In this document: positions 1 through 13,470 of the stretch, piece after piece
Position numbering within the stretch: the stretch's first letter is position 1
How the letters are laid out: each line of letters starts with the position of its first letter
Source of the DNA: Trichosphaerium sp. ATCC 40318
Lineage: Eukaryota > Protista > Tubulinea
Reading direction: 5' to 3'
Assembly: GCA_038496445.1 (NCBI GenBank)
Contig: JALMLS010000390.1
Location: 1-64,000, forward strand
DNA length: 64,000 nucleotides
Made by a program: the position numbers and the translations under genes
The notes under the pieces: generated by a model
The model's database searches: none
What the model was told of the DNA's origin: nothing
Seen by the model: only the letters and a program-made list of their open reading frames with translations

Positions 1-200
1 CTTTCGTACTTCCTAAATGCAGCCACTTGCCCCACAGGAACTTCCTTTTTACAGAACCCGCTAGATGGAAAGACACCGTGCAGTTATTGTTCTCTCTGAG
101 ATAGTTCGGAGGTTGCGTGCGACGGAAGAAGGTAAGATGTTAAGTTAGGAATATTTTTAGCAAACAAGACTTGAGCAATTATTTCAGTAAGACATTAACA

Positions 201-2354
201 ATGCGCCCTCTCTTATTAATAGTTTTATGCGTAACAATACTGGGAGTTGCTACAGGTATGTTATGGTTTAATAATTAGTCGTCACGTCGATTCACGAGAG
301 CATGTATCGCGTCATGTAATAAACAAGTGCCTATGTATAACTAACATTTAATCTTAGCTTCTGAGGCAAGTTATAAAGGTGACGCACATAAAAGGTACAC
401 CACTAACCCAAAACACCCATTAATCTCCTAAGGGGCGGCACAACGCATAGTGCTGGTTCTGAGCTTAATATTGTGGTAAACTACGGGCCAGGAGCAGTTG
501 ACGTAAGTGCACGAAAATTTTCTTTTTGAATTTGCTAACTGTCTATCTTAGAGAACAGACATTCAAGCCTCTGTGGACGCAGCGATACTTGTTTGGGTAC
601 GACTTATTTCATTTTCTAACGTAATATACATCACGCTTTTTTTCCTCCATAAAACGTGATCGAAACGGTGCGGAATGTACTAAATACGCGTAGAAAGAGG
701 TTATTCTCGATGACGTTACGGTTACTTTCGAAGTTGATTTCAATGGTGATACAAATACTGCTGTTACCACTACCGTTGAGCGTATAATGGATATGGGAAG
801 AGACGAATTAGTGTACGTACATTAATACAAGAGCAAAAAGAAAAGCAACGTTCCTACAGTTTACAAACCTTAACGCATAAACTGTATAGAACTCAATATC
901 AAAGCAACTTGAAAGCTAAGAGTTTCATTCTACAAGATGTCTTTTTTACAAGCAGATTGAACTTCGAAACTGAAGATGGTCAAGTACTTCCTACAAAAAT
1001 AGGTCCTTCAAAGGCGCAAGCTAAGGTACTACGCAAAAAAACCCTTCACCTGCAATGGCTTACGTTTAAAACCAAGGCAATATTTCCAACCAGAAATTTT
1101 GACGATACAAACGGCGAACTAGATGGTAAGATTGTTCTCTCTAATGATGATACGACATACCCATTTGATTTCGATGTTACAACACCACTCGAATCTGTAC
1201 GTACAACAAAACACTCAAACAAAAATATCACGTGATATTACTTGAAAACTCATGTTTTTTAACTTTTTTACCAAAGGGTAAAATTGATGCTGTTGCTGTA
1301 TTAGTACGTGAGATGGGTCATATTTTTGGGTTCATTAGTGAACAAGATAGACAGTGTATGGTTATTTTTGAATGAAACGGCGTTTTTTTTGTTAACTTTT
1401 TTTATAGATGCTGCCGGCACTCCAGATCCAGATGAAATCATACCAACGATGTTAGATTTGTACAGACTCCCTGGAACATCATGGTTTGGTGTTCGTTCAA
1501 TAAAGAAAGGTGAATTGTTAATATGAAACGTAACAAAAATCCGCCTATCTTTACTTACTCTTTATTAGGCACCGAAACGAGTTTCTTAGGTTTTTCTGCC
1601 CTAGTAAAATCCGATGATGATGGCATACCGTTTTCCACAGGAGAAAATGGACTTGCTGGTACCTGGGATGAGAAATACGAAGGTGAGATCTTTTAGCAAA
1701 TTCCAAACTTTTAAAATTAACTCAACAACCAGGTCTAATGGTACCTACAATTGAGCCTGATCGTATTTACGGTATGCAACCAGAAGAAGTAAACGTATTC
1801 TGGCGTCTTGGATGGACTTTAGTTTGTACGAACTCAATCATACCAACAAAACCCAACAACTAATCAAGACCAGTGAACTTTGATCCATGTCCTGTTGCCT
1901 TGTGGACGGACAAAGATTCCATTACTGTCGGTGATGTCATAACTATACGTGGTTACTTCTTCTATGGTGATGATCTAGCATGCATATACGGAGGACTTGC
2001 TGCAGCTACAACATCAGTAGCAAAAGCAAACACAGCTCTTTCTGAAGTAGTACGTTTTTTTCACAGAAAAAAAAAAAAGACGAAATTTTCCAATTTCTAG
2101 TCTTCATTGTTCTTCCAGCAATCGTTATTTTATGTTTTGAATATTGTGTATGTGTTGATTCATTTTATTCATAGACTTGTACTATGCCTTTCTCACGAAG
2201 AAATTTAATTGGTATCCAAGTTGCTGCAAACGGCAAAGCTAGTAATAGCATTGAAATAACGATAACAGGATCTAATAGTAGACCTGAGTCAAGCTCTAAG
2301 GCATTGGTTCCTATTTTATCATTGTTCGTTTTTGTAATAGCATTGTTTATGTAA
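201..2354 (+). CDS. Multi-exon surface protein: signal peptide, NF038122-like (HExxHxLGF) zinc-metalloprotease fold, probably inactive, then IPT/TIG domain and GPI-like C-terminus
   Basis: ATG at 201 (MRPLLLIVLCVTILGVAT). Spliced motifs PSKAQAK..DGKIVLS..FDFD..IDAVAVLVREMGHIFGF..LDLYR..FSTG..GLMVPT..LGW; TIG-like VGDVITIRGYFF; hydrophobic tail LVPILSLFVFVIALFM*. Confidence 0.75.
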
Positions 2355-2732
2355 ATAGATTCAAGTGAAATTTAAATAAATTTCGTGTTTATATTATCGA
2401 CAAAGTCACTCTTTGTAATTTATTAACCCGTGACCATCGCGATCACAACTGTTGACTTTAAGTTATGAACTTTCTTCATAGTTTTGTTCAAGGGAATTCA
2501 TTCTTTCAAATCTAGTTGCCCAATCAGCAATAAATTACATTGAACAAGATGGCTTCAACTTATCGTCAAGAGTTGTACAAACAGAAATTTAAGAGTAGCA
2601 AAGATGATATCGTGTGCTACTGAGCTTGATACTACATGAAAAAAAAACGTACTGTGCATCCGCACCAAGGACAAAACATTTAATATCGTGGAAGCCATTT
2701 TATTAGTTTGAAACAAGTGTAAATAAAAGTTG

Positions 2733-3715
2733 TTACCATCCGCAACCACAGCGTCCAGCCTCGAGTACTGACCACAAAAGACCAGGTTTAAGCGTTTCCG
2801 GCGGTCCTTTAATACTACAAGGGAACGCACTGCCCTCACACATAAGAAGATACCATGCCTCAATTGGTGCAATTTTTCCAGTGCAACAACATGTCTTGTA
2901 TGCTTTCTGATGAATGGCATAAATCATTGGCACAAATTGTTCTGATTCAATACATTCACCCGAAATAGACCTCATCTTGCGCTATTGATGAGCTTGTTAG
3001 ACCAAATATAGGCCGTGGTAAAAAAAAATAAGAAAACCAACAAGAACTTACCTTTGTTTCTGGAGGGATGGCGTAATGGCTCTGAATAATACTTTTACGG
3101 ATACACTGAGCTACAGGTACCTCCCACAATGGAAGATTGTCTCCTGAGCAAACACAGTGCGCCGTATTACTATAAATCTTTGGAAGGAAATCACCACCTT
3201 TTTTTTTGTCAAAAGGGTCACATGCATTTTTAGAAAAAACGTACCAAACCATTTAGATGTGTCATTACCCAAAGTGCCTTCTGTAGTTCGCGTGTACCAT
3301 GAACATACGCTACTATCAAGTCCAGGGCTTACTTTACAAGTTGTTGGCGTACACTAAGCTAAATTAGATGTCGTACTACACTACAGTACGCTCAAACGCG
3401 GATTTAAGTGTTATTGCGTTAGCAGTAAAGAATACGTATTGTTAGTGCGATTTGTCAAATCTTAAAAGTGTGAGTTTGTACCCCACATAGCTTTGTTTCA
3501 TCGATGTATTCTGCCTCGTAGCATGTGCTATTGTTTGTTCCAAAAGTAGGCCGACAAGTATTATCTGTACCGCACCACCGACAACCCAAAGGCGTGGAAC
3601 TCATTGTACACGATTTGCAGTCCTTATTCGCTTCACAAGATGATTTTTCGACGCCACGCGCAATAAGCAGCGAACATAGCGCCAAAATAACTAAAACGCT
3701 TGATATAGCTCTCAT
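2733..3715 (-). CDS. Secreted Cys-rich protein with N-terminal PSI (plexin-type) domain, about 4 exons
   Basis: Signal peptide MRAISSVLVILALCSLL; PSI pattern C..KDCKSC...CRWC...C; exons splice in frame to ...AGRCGCGW*. Confidence 0.75.
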
Positions 3716-4252
3716 GGCGTTATTGGGGAGTTGCCAGACAATAAGCGCTTAAACAAATTAAGAAAGCGCAAAGAACTCATAATCACATTGTAAGACTCAA
3801 TATATTAACCCAGAGTAACTAAAACGAGCTCTCCGAGGGTTCTGTTCCTTTTTAGCATCAAAACTCTGATTTGGTTGTTTTTTGCCATTTGACGATTTTG
3901 TATTGTTACGGCTTTCTTTGTTGGTCAACTATGCTCCCACTATTGTAGCAAATAATATGATTTTACTACATGCCACTTTATGTGTTCAAAGCCAGTTTTG
4001 TTCATATTACTAGTACTTTTTCTGGTGCCAATACTGAGAAGATTACAAAAATTTCAAAGAATCAATGAAATGCTAATAGTGACACATAGTGTCAACCTTG
4101 ATTCTGGTAAATTGTCGTCTGATTTATTAGGCTTTCTGGGCATCGTTAACAATAGGCTCTGCTGAGCGCAAGCCAAAACCACGTGTTAAAAAACCAGAAA
4201 TTTGGAAAGTTTTCGTTTAGTTTTACAGCAGTATTTTTTTGTAGCTTCATAA

Positions 4253-7200
4253 ATGGAACGCAGCAGCTCTTCAGATGAAAAGTCGACCGGTACAGGTATA
4301 CAGCAATCTAACTTGGTTGTTCGTATAATACGTGGGGCTGGTGTCGACGCAAAAAAGAAGTGGAGCGTTCAACTACATGTTGGGAACGTATCTAAAACTG
4401 CGAAATTTACGAGTGGGGTAAGCGCAATGACGTTCCCATAGCGTACTTACATGTTTTAGCCTGATCCTCTATGGGGAGAAACGCATACTTTTAGCAATGT
4501 GTCAGGCGCCAAAGAACTAAAATGCAGGCTCAGAGTACGGAGAAACATATCTATTCAAACAGAGCCTCTTGTTAATTTTTTTCGTAAAGTTTAAAAAAAC
4601 CTTTGGCGCTTCAACTTATAAGGACATCAAATTGTCTTTGGGTGATATAAAACAAAACATCACAGAGCGTAAATGGTAAGAACTGTATTTTTTTATCATG
4701 GTTTATCCACTCTGGTTGTACTGTGGCTTAATCTGTGAAAGGCACAATTTCGGTGAAAAAGGAGCAAAAGTTTTACTATCTATTCGCTATGTTGTACAAA
4801 CATCAGAGTCCTCAGCGTTGGTACTATTACGAACATTATTTAGCCATGAGTTTATTTATTTATTACAGGCTCTACAAAAGAATCCTTCGTCGATGTATTT
4901 ACTCATTAACGAGGCGAACTTCACAGATGTTATTAACAGAAGTACGCTTTCTTGAGGTTTTTTTTTTGAGTTCACTTTGTGGATACCTTCAAGGTGTTGA
5001 TGTTCGTTTTTCTAGAGTATTACGCCACGTGGCATTTTTCTACGCATCCAAAGAATAAAATGGCATCAACGCCTCAACTTAAACGAACAGAGTAAGCAAT
5101 CCATTTTCTTTTCTCTACTTTTTTCTTGTATCTTTCTTCACGTATTTGCAAAATAATTGTTTGCTACCTACACACCGCTGTTGTGGTAACATGGTAACTG
5201 AAAACTGCATGCGAGCAACCGCCTTTTCTCTGTCCTAGGTTTTTTCTTCGAATTCTCAATAACTTGTAGAACGAAAGAGTTTCCTTCAAGCTTTGTTTGG
5301 GAACATGAATCATCCGCACTCGTTAGAGATCGTGGTTGTAGTGTAATTGTAGAAGTATACAACAGTAAGGCTATAGTCAGTGACCAAAAAATAGCTGAAA
5401 TGGAGATACTGCTAGATAAAATTGATGGTACAAAAAACCAACACCTTTCCAACTAACAAGTTCTTCTTTGTAGACAATGTCGCTGTACCTTTCATATGCG
5501 ACCTTGATGCAAGAAATAAGATGTCAGGAAAGATAAACTGTCTAGCACAGATTGTTCCAGCAACAGATCCGCCAGCACTAGAGTTTTTACAGGTACGCTA
5601 AAGAAATATTTTTCAAATCACAATCTCATGCTTTATAGAAACAATCCACATTGATTTCACAGACACTGGAGATGGCCATGTCTAAATTTCTCTCTGATAA
5701 AAACGTTCCTTGGGTTAAACTTAATAATTATAATGCTCTACCTGCTCCTGGTACTTGACATTTCAGTTGATTTATAAATCAACCGTACAAGAAATCCTAA
5801 AGGCTGTTTTAAGGTCTTGATCCAAAATACTCTAAATTGGTAGAGAAAGAAGGAATATTTATGCCCAAGGTAATCACGCTTATTGATGGGTCAGTAACAA
5901 TTGTTCCTTTGTCTGTCAAAGTACCTGAAGAAGTTTCTTTGCATGTTAACTTTTCGGGTAAACACGGAAGCACAGGAGAATCAGGCACAAGCGGTACCTA
6001 CTCAGTTTCAAGTACACAATACTAATTATTCAAAAAGGATCGAGTGGGAGTTCTGGTAAAAATGGACGTGCTGGAGTAACAGGTGCTGCTGGACAACCTG
6101 GTGCTGATGGAGGTACAGTATAATGATAGCTGTTGAAATACTTACTTTTTTCTTTTAAAAGAACACGGTGAACCAGGTACTAGCGGACAAGCTGGTACCA
6201 GTGGCGGCGATGGCGGGTATGCTGAAAGTGCAATGCCAATAGATATAACTTTGGATACAAGTGTAAGTGCCGCTATCTCATGTTTTATACTGTGAACTTA
6301 CCTATGCCCAGGGTATTCAAAACGACGGAACTGTAGGTATTCAACTATCAGGGACTGATAGTTCTTCAATAAGCTTATCTGCTTGTGGAGATAAAGACAC
6401 TATCATAGTATTAGATGCACGTGGTGGAAATGGTATGTTTGTAAAAACAAAATCGTTTTCTAATTACTTTAAACAGGTGGTTCCGGAGGTTCAGGGGTAC
6501 AGTTGCACATACCAACAACGTTTAGTTTACTAACGTACAACTTAATAGGGAAATGGAGGTTCTGGTGGCTCTGGTGTACGAAACAAACATTTTGTAACAA
6601 TCTAAGTGTATTTTAGGGATACGGAGGCCGCGGAGGTGACGGTGGTGCCGGAGATGGGCAACGAGCTCCTAACGGTGGAAGAGGAGGTAACGGTGGAAAG
6701 TAAGTAGCCAATTCAAACTTGAAGTTGTTTTCCTAATTGCTGCTAGTGGTGGGAACGGAGGACATGGCGCAAATGGAGCCAAAGGAGGTACCTACATTAA
6801 AGGCAGCGTCCATGGTTAATTTCATAACAGGTAATGGCGGTAGTGGTGGTGATGCTGCGCCCATTACTGTGACTACAGCTGATCCTCGACTTCTAATGCT
6901 CCTTCGATGTCATAACTATGGTGGCAGAGGCGGAAGTGCTGGTACCAGAGGTACTGGCGGCACTGGAGGTTCTGGCGGGTATGCAAAGCTTGTTTTTTCA
7001 CAGCTTTCTCACGTGCTATAGTTCGAATGGGAGCGGTGGTAGTGGCGGAGCACCTGGTCGATGGAGTGAACGTGAGTTTTTTGTTTTGTTGCCCAAAGCT
7101 AATATTTTCTTGTAAAGCTGGAAGCGATGGAAATGGAACCTATGTAAGTTATTCACTTACAGAAAAATACCATGTACTAACAACCTTTGTAGTCTAGAAG

Positions 7201-10197
7201 TGGAAACGTAGGTTCTTCTGGACGTCAAGGAAAATGGGGAAAACAAGGACGCTCTGGAAACTCAGGACAAAGCGGTACTAGTGGAACATCTGGTAGAGAT
7301 GCAGAAACAGTTTATACTGTTGTATCACCAAACGTAAGTTTGAAAGACAATTGTTGACTTTTTTTCTTACTTTTTTGTAGGGTTCTGTTCTTGAGAAGAG
7401 TAAACAGCTGTACTATCCTCAATTCGTAAGCTTTGAGGTAGTTGATTCTGTTGGAGATGGTGTATGGGAGCCACAACGAGAAGTTGTGATTAAAAACATA
7501 GTTGTAAAGAACACAGGAGGACTCACTCTTCCTGCTGGTATGGCTTTATTTGCCTCGAATATCAAGGGTATTATGACAAAGGGAAGCGCTGTTGCTTTCC
7601 CAAAAATTGCTCCTGGCGCTTCTGTTACTCTTAGCGATCAAGAAATCAAAGTCAATATTGCTGACTTCGCTCCACCTTCAAAACCTGGTCCTTTGATAGA
7701 ACATTCCCAATTACTTGTAAATGCTGAACTAACAAGACGCGCTTTCAGGGTATGTCAATACTCAGCATATTTTGAACTGACAATATTATAGGGTTGTCAA
7801 CGTGTTGTAGACTTCTTAGTTCAGTATCCAGTTCGCATTGAATCAATTAAGGTTAGCTTTTATTTTGCGATTGCTTTTTGTTTCTCATAAATATGTTATT
7901 AGGTTACCGAGAGCTTATTTAGAGGAGATTCAGGAAGTGTGAAAGTATCAATTCAGAACATTTCCTTAAAACCTTACGGTCAAGGAGAAGGCAGTATCGC
8001 TTTGAAACTCAGATTCACTCAGGTACTGTTTTGTTTTCTAGTATGTTTACTTTTGTTAACGCTGAGTTTAGGATGTTATTGTAAATCATAAAGATATAGT
8101 ACAAGAACCAGATACAAACTCACAGACTCTTGTACTTGTTATCCCTGAAATCAACTCAAAATTGAGTATAGCGTTGGACGTTGACTTCACAATGAAAAAA
8201 GATGTCTTGCATTTTAAAAAGTATGTAAACAATTCCACAGCATGTTTCACGATGACGTCACTTACACCACATTAGAGCGCTAGTGAGAGCTGAATTAATA
8301 TTTAAAAACAAATCGATAGAGTATCAACAACAAGCTTGTAGATGTGCCCCTCGTTGGGAAGAGTTTCCAACTGTTGAATCTTATGATGCAATCTTGTTGA
8401 CTGATAAACATATCAACGCTGTAATGTACATGTCATGGCTCAAAATTCTCACAGGTACAACTTTTTTTCTATCATCCAGCATCACGTAATAAGTTCCACT
8501 CGTAGGTTTGGGTTTGAATACACGTGTATGGGATGTTGACATGTACAATGGTGCTACTTTTGATCGGGCAACAAACAAAGCGTTTGATTGTAAACCGCCT
8601 CATTGGATGACAAAAGAGAAAGGAACTGTCCGATCTCCGTTAATTTTCGCCTTAAGTAACGTAGTGGATAAAACAGGAAAACCAAATGCAGGCTTCAAGT
8701 GGACGTATGTAAAACAAACAAGAAAACGCTTGCGAACTAAGTTGTTTCAATTAGGGAGATAGCAAATCATTTTCCAAAGGATACCGGAAATATCAGTCCT
8801 TTCTCTGCTCTAGGTCTCAGTTCACTACAAGATAATGGTGTTTTATTCCTTAATACTCCTAAGGGTGGTCTTGTTAAGGGACTCTCATCTTCTAAAGCAT
8901 CAACAGAATTGGACTTTTCGGTACGCAACAGAACACTGTTCTTTGTTGATATTTGTTTTAGACAAAGTTCTTTGCCAAGTCAGGTTTCTTTAAAGGAGAC
9001 CCAAAAGAAGAAGACGCACACAAGAAAGCAAGGGAGCTCTTGAAATTACAAATGAAAGACGAACCGCCTACAACTTACAGTATATCAACCATAAAAGTCA
9101 ACCTACAAAAAGGTGACAACGGATGGTACCTAGCAGTAACCAAATTCATTTTCCACTAACGTTTAAAAGGAATTGTGGCCAACTAAAGCTATCTTGTCTA
9201 CCTTTGAAATCATCTGACAGAGTTCTTTGCATTCCAAACGACGTACATCTAGGCAACTCAAAAAAAAGTAAGAAATGTAGTCATACGTTGTATAACTTCT
9301 GTATTAGACAAGGAACTTGTCTCAATGCTATCATCAACAGAGCTTTCTGCTGATAGCAATATCATCAAGATAATGTTTTCAACATACGTATCGCTCTCTA
9401 TTAAGCAGAAATTGCTTACCTTGGTGTATTTCGATAGCAAAGCTATATCATGCAAAGACTGGGTACCAATAACATATACTTAGTGTTAATGTATTGACAT
9501 CTTTAAAAGGTCATTATTTTCGGTGATTATAGAGGAACAATGCTTGACCTGTTTGCTATTGGCTTGTTTGCGTCAATGACAATGTCCAAGCAGTTTTACA
9601 GCAACGCCAACAGTGCCTTAGAACAGCTCAAAGCAATCATTATGACGAACTTGGGTTGGTTCAAAAATGATAGTGTTGCTTTAGTATCACTATACTGCCT
9701 AAAAAGGTAAACAATCACGTGACTTTTTCGTAAAGTGAAGTTACTTTTCTTACTTTTTTCGCAGAATGTCCATGAAGTCAAAGGTGTATACTGCAACAAA
9801 GAAGGCTCTCAATGATGCTTTTGTACCTGATAAGGCTGATGCGAAGGCAATGCAATCTACAGTCGCATCATACATTAGCAACCACAAGAAGAAGAAAACG
9901 AAGGAAATTGTTTCCGGCTTGCTTCAACTTGTAAAAGATAGTTGGTGGTGCAGTGATCTCTTCAGAGGAGCTAAAGGAGAAGAAGATATCGTTGTCGATA
10001 ACGATCAAGAAGGCAAGGGAGAAGGAAACGGAGAAGAAATAGATGAAGATAATGAAGATGAGCCTGAAGAAGATGACTCGCAATTAAGCCAAAAAGCTCG
10101 TTTGAAGAAAAAAGGTAAAGGTTATGCTGACAAGCTATCTTCAAAGGCTTTGAAGTTTGGTGTACCTGTCCCTAAGAAATTACGTGGTAAAAAATAG
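4253..10197 (+). CDS. Large protein: two C2 domains, Gly-X-Y/Gly-rich region and DUF7932-like C-terminal region, about 30 introns
   Basis: C2-like LVVRIIRGAGV..PDPLWGETHTF and a second C2 (FVWEHE..VIVEVYNSKAIVSDQKIAE); GxxGxxG runs at about 5955-7300; motifs FVSFEVVDSVGDGVWEP..VKNTGGLTLP and LGLNTRVWDVDMYNG; acidic/basic tail. Confidence 0.75.
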
Positions 10198-10609
10198 GTT
10201 TATAAGGTCAGAAACTGGCTAAACACTGTAAATACCAATAAACTTATAAATTGTTTAAATAAGTTAGTATTCAAACCAATTTCTACAGCTAAAACGAGTA
10301 CTACTTTTGGTATCCCGCCTATAAAAGGACACAAAACAGTCGTAAAGAAAATGCATCTTTCAGGTATTGTTGTATCCTCCGGCGCTTCACTTCATCCAAT
10401 CAATCTTTGTGCACAATAACTGCACCATGCAAAAAAAAAGCCGAAATGACACGTGAACTGAGATGTCATGCTTAGGCACCAATAAAAATACTAAAAAACC
10501 ATAGTACTGCATTCACTGATGACTACAAACAAAGCAAGAAAACAAGGGAGAAGACTATTTCATGAACTTTGTTTGACTTTTATTTTTATTAGTTTACAAG
10601 AGCGCTGGT

Positions 10610-12930
10610 ATGAGCGAAAGCGACAAGGATGCGCTTTTGATCAATTCTCAAAAAAATGACGTTGAAAAACAAGAGCAAACAGCAAAATCACCTTTAACGC
10701 ATCTAAGAAATGTCATACATCTCTCAATAAGCTTCTACTTCCTTTTCTTTGCTTATGGGTATTAAAAAAAGCTGTTATTCTAAACGACGTACTAAAAACA
10801 AGCTAGAGCCGCTCAAGGATACCTAACAACGCTATTAAAGAAGCGACTGGCATTTTATACGCTTGCCACTATTTATTCTGCGATAATCTTCTCGTCACTA
10901 CTGTTCGCGGGGCCCATGGTACGCGTTAATTGACTTCACGCATTATTAATGTAATTCGTGGACTTTCAAAGTAAAAATCCGCATAAAAACAAAAAAAACT
11001 TTTGGATTGAATAAAGTAGGTACAAGTGTTTACTCCAAAATGGGCACTATTCATTGGAGGTACGTATTATTACCTCTTTGTTTTGGTTATCTTAATGCGT
11101 TTGTAGCTCTTGGCTATTCTACATTTGTTGGCACGTGTTTGAAGCCGGAATATTACTCCTTGCTTCCAGCAGCTGGTATTCTTGGTTTTCTGGGTGCAGC
11201 TCTTTGGGCAGCTCAAGGTAAGCAAATGAAGTAACACGTGCCGTTTTGAATGTTTGTTATATAGGCGCATATTTGACTGCTGCTGCAGCTAATTATTCAA
11301 AGGCTAAAGGCATACCAGTTTCTGCGAGTATGGGATTATTCACAGGGATATTCTTCGCTGTATTTCAGGTAAGTCTTGACTATAACGTTTATTTGGTTTT
11401 GTTTTGAATGATGTTTAAAGGCTGCTGTACTTTGTGGTAATGTGGCAGGAGCTTTAACGTTTCTTATATTGGATAAAAAGAAGAATCATAGTTCTCCAGC
11501 TAATATACTGTTCACTGTATACTTAGTATCTACGGGTATTCCAAAAAATATCCAATAGCAATCTGACTATTTTCTTAAAAGGCATTGGTGCTTTTATTTT
11601 TATTTTCTTGCCGGTTGAAAAGAATCCAGAAAAGAAACAAGTAAGATCACTTGATTAATGTATTGTGATGACTTTGCTGATCAGCCTTTGTAGAGTGATA
11701 GTATGATTCAAAAGCTAACGAATACAATGAAAGTAAGAAAGAGTTTTAGCTTTAAAGTTTTTTGTTACAATTCATTATTTACTTACTTTACGTTGTTAGA
11801 TGTTTCTTGATATACGTTTCAATCTTTTAATACCTGTAATGGTTTATTCCGGACTTGAACAAGGATTTATTTTCGGTGACTTCTCAGGCCATGTACGTGA
11901 GTGACGAGAAAAACAACTGCAAATGAGCTACCTTTTTTTGTAAAAAAAACTTACAAAAACCCTTAAAACCTAATGGTATTAGGTTGTATCTCCTGTTTTG
12001 GGTAAAGAACATGTTGGTTTCGTATTTGCAGTATTTGGTGTTGCTGATGCACTTGCATCAGTCATATTTGGTACGTAGAAACAAAGTGTTTAAGTAAGCT
12101 TTAAAACATACAAAAACTAAAATAAAATGCAAACAAAGGTAGACTCGCTGATAGATATGGTAAACGCCTTCTTGTTATTATTGGTTTTATATGCCACGCT
12201 GGTTTCTTGGTACAGCTTTATAAATAATTAACGTACAATATTAATATTTTTGAATAGAGTTACTTCACATTCTACATACAATACAGGCAAAACAAAACAA
12301 AAATAGTTCTCATTCTAATTTTAACTCATCCTCAGTGGCGTTCCGATGCTTAAAATATTTAAGTCTCGTACATGGACATTGTATGCATGGGCAGTACTTT
12401 GGGGTGTCGGTATGTGTTTTCTTCAAAAATGCATACCTTTCTTGACGAAAAAAACAAAAAAAGAAGAAAAAAAAATAACATTTTGATTGTTTAGGTGATG
12501 CTACGATAGGTAATGGATTTCCGAATACAATTCTTTCTGTATTCTTTACAAAGAACTCTGAGGCAGCTTTTGCAAATTTTAAAATATGGCAATCACTAGG
12601 CACGCTATCTTTACAGTTCACGAAGTATTCTCGTTTTTTTCTGCATGTACTTACTTTTCTTTGTTCCTCAAGGGTATGTCATTGCTTTTCTTTGGGGACC
12701 TGATTTGACTATTCCATTAAAGTCTTTGATACTGCTCGCAGTGTTAATATTTTCATGTGTTTGCATTGGCTTCACAGGCACGTTTGTGGAATTTTCTTTG
12801 GATTGGCCGAATTATAAAGCATGAACACATTGTAATTTTTTTTTGTTTAGATTGTTTTGTTCAACGTATTGATGGCACACCTGATTCTCTTGAGTCAGAA
12901 GAAAACAAAAAAGAAATTTTACATGACTAA
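10610..12930 (+). CDS. UNC-93-like MFS membrane protein
   Basis: Spliced motifs GFLGAALWAAQGAYLT, YSGLEQGFIFGDFS, GRLADRYGK, AFANFKIWQSLG. Confidence 0.9.
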
Positions 12931-13470
12931 GATAACCCATAACCTGGTTCTGGTCACTAGATGATCATCAATTTGTCGTGTTGTAAAATAAAAACACTAG
13001 CCTACCAACACTTTTTTTTGAAATCAGCTAGCTGGTCTTCTGTAATTGATTGGACATAAAGTCAAGTGTTTAATAGCAACTTCATTAAACGGCTGGAATG
13101 CATGCTACAAACAAACATACGAAATATCTTCCATATTATAACAAAAAGGCCACGTGGCATGAGTGAGTGATTCAAACAGTTCAACTAGAAATTGCAACAA
13201 AATGATAGTTCACCAACTTACGTTGAACTTTATCTCCAAAAACCCGCTTTGCCAAATATATTTACTTTTAAAAGATGGCACCAACCGACTTGGACCAAGA
13301 AATGTATCAACAAACAACAAGCTCATGAGAAGAACAAAGCATCATCAACCAACGACTTGTACTTGGTCACTGTTGGAGATAGTTGAGTCATAAAACAAAC
13401 GTTGCTTAATGAACCAATAAGGTTGCAAATAAACTAAATATTCAAAACAAACACTCACTTAATTAGTGTT

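Noticed and set aside
9253-9307. Possible extra GC donor in the C2/Gly-rich gene
   Set aside because: A canonical GTAAG donor in the same phase lies 15 nt downstream.
13163-13393. Short ORFs between UNC-93 and the formin
   Set aside because: No ATG-started coherent gene or recognisable motif.
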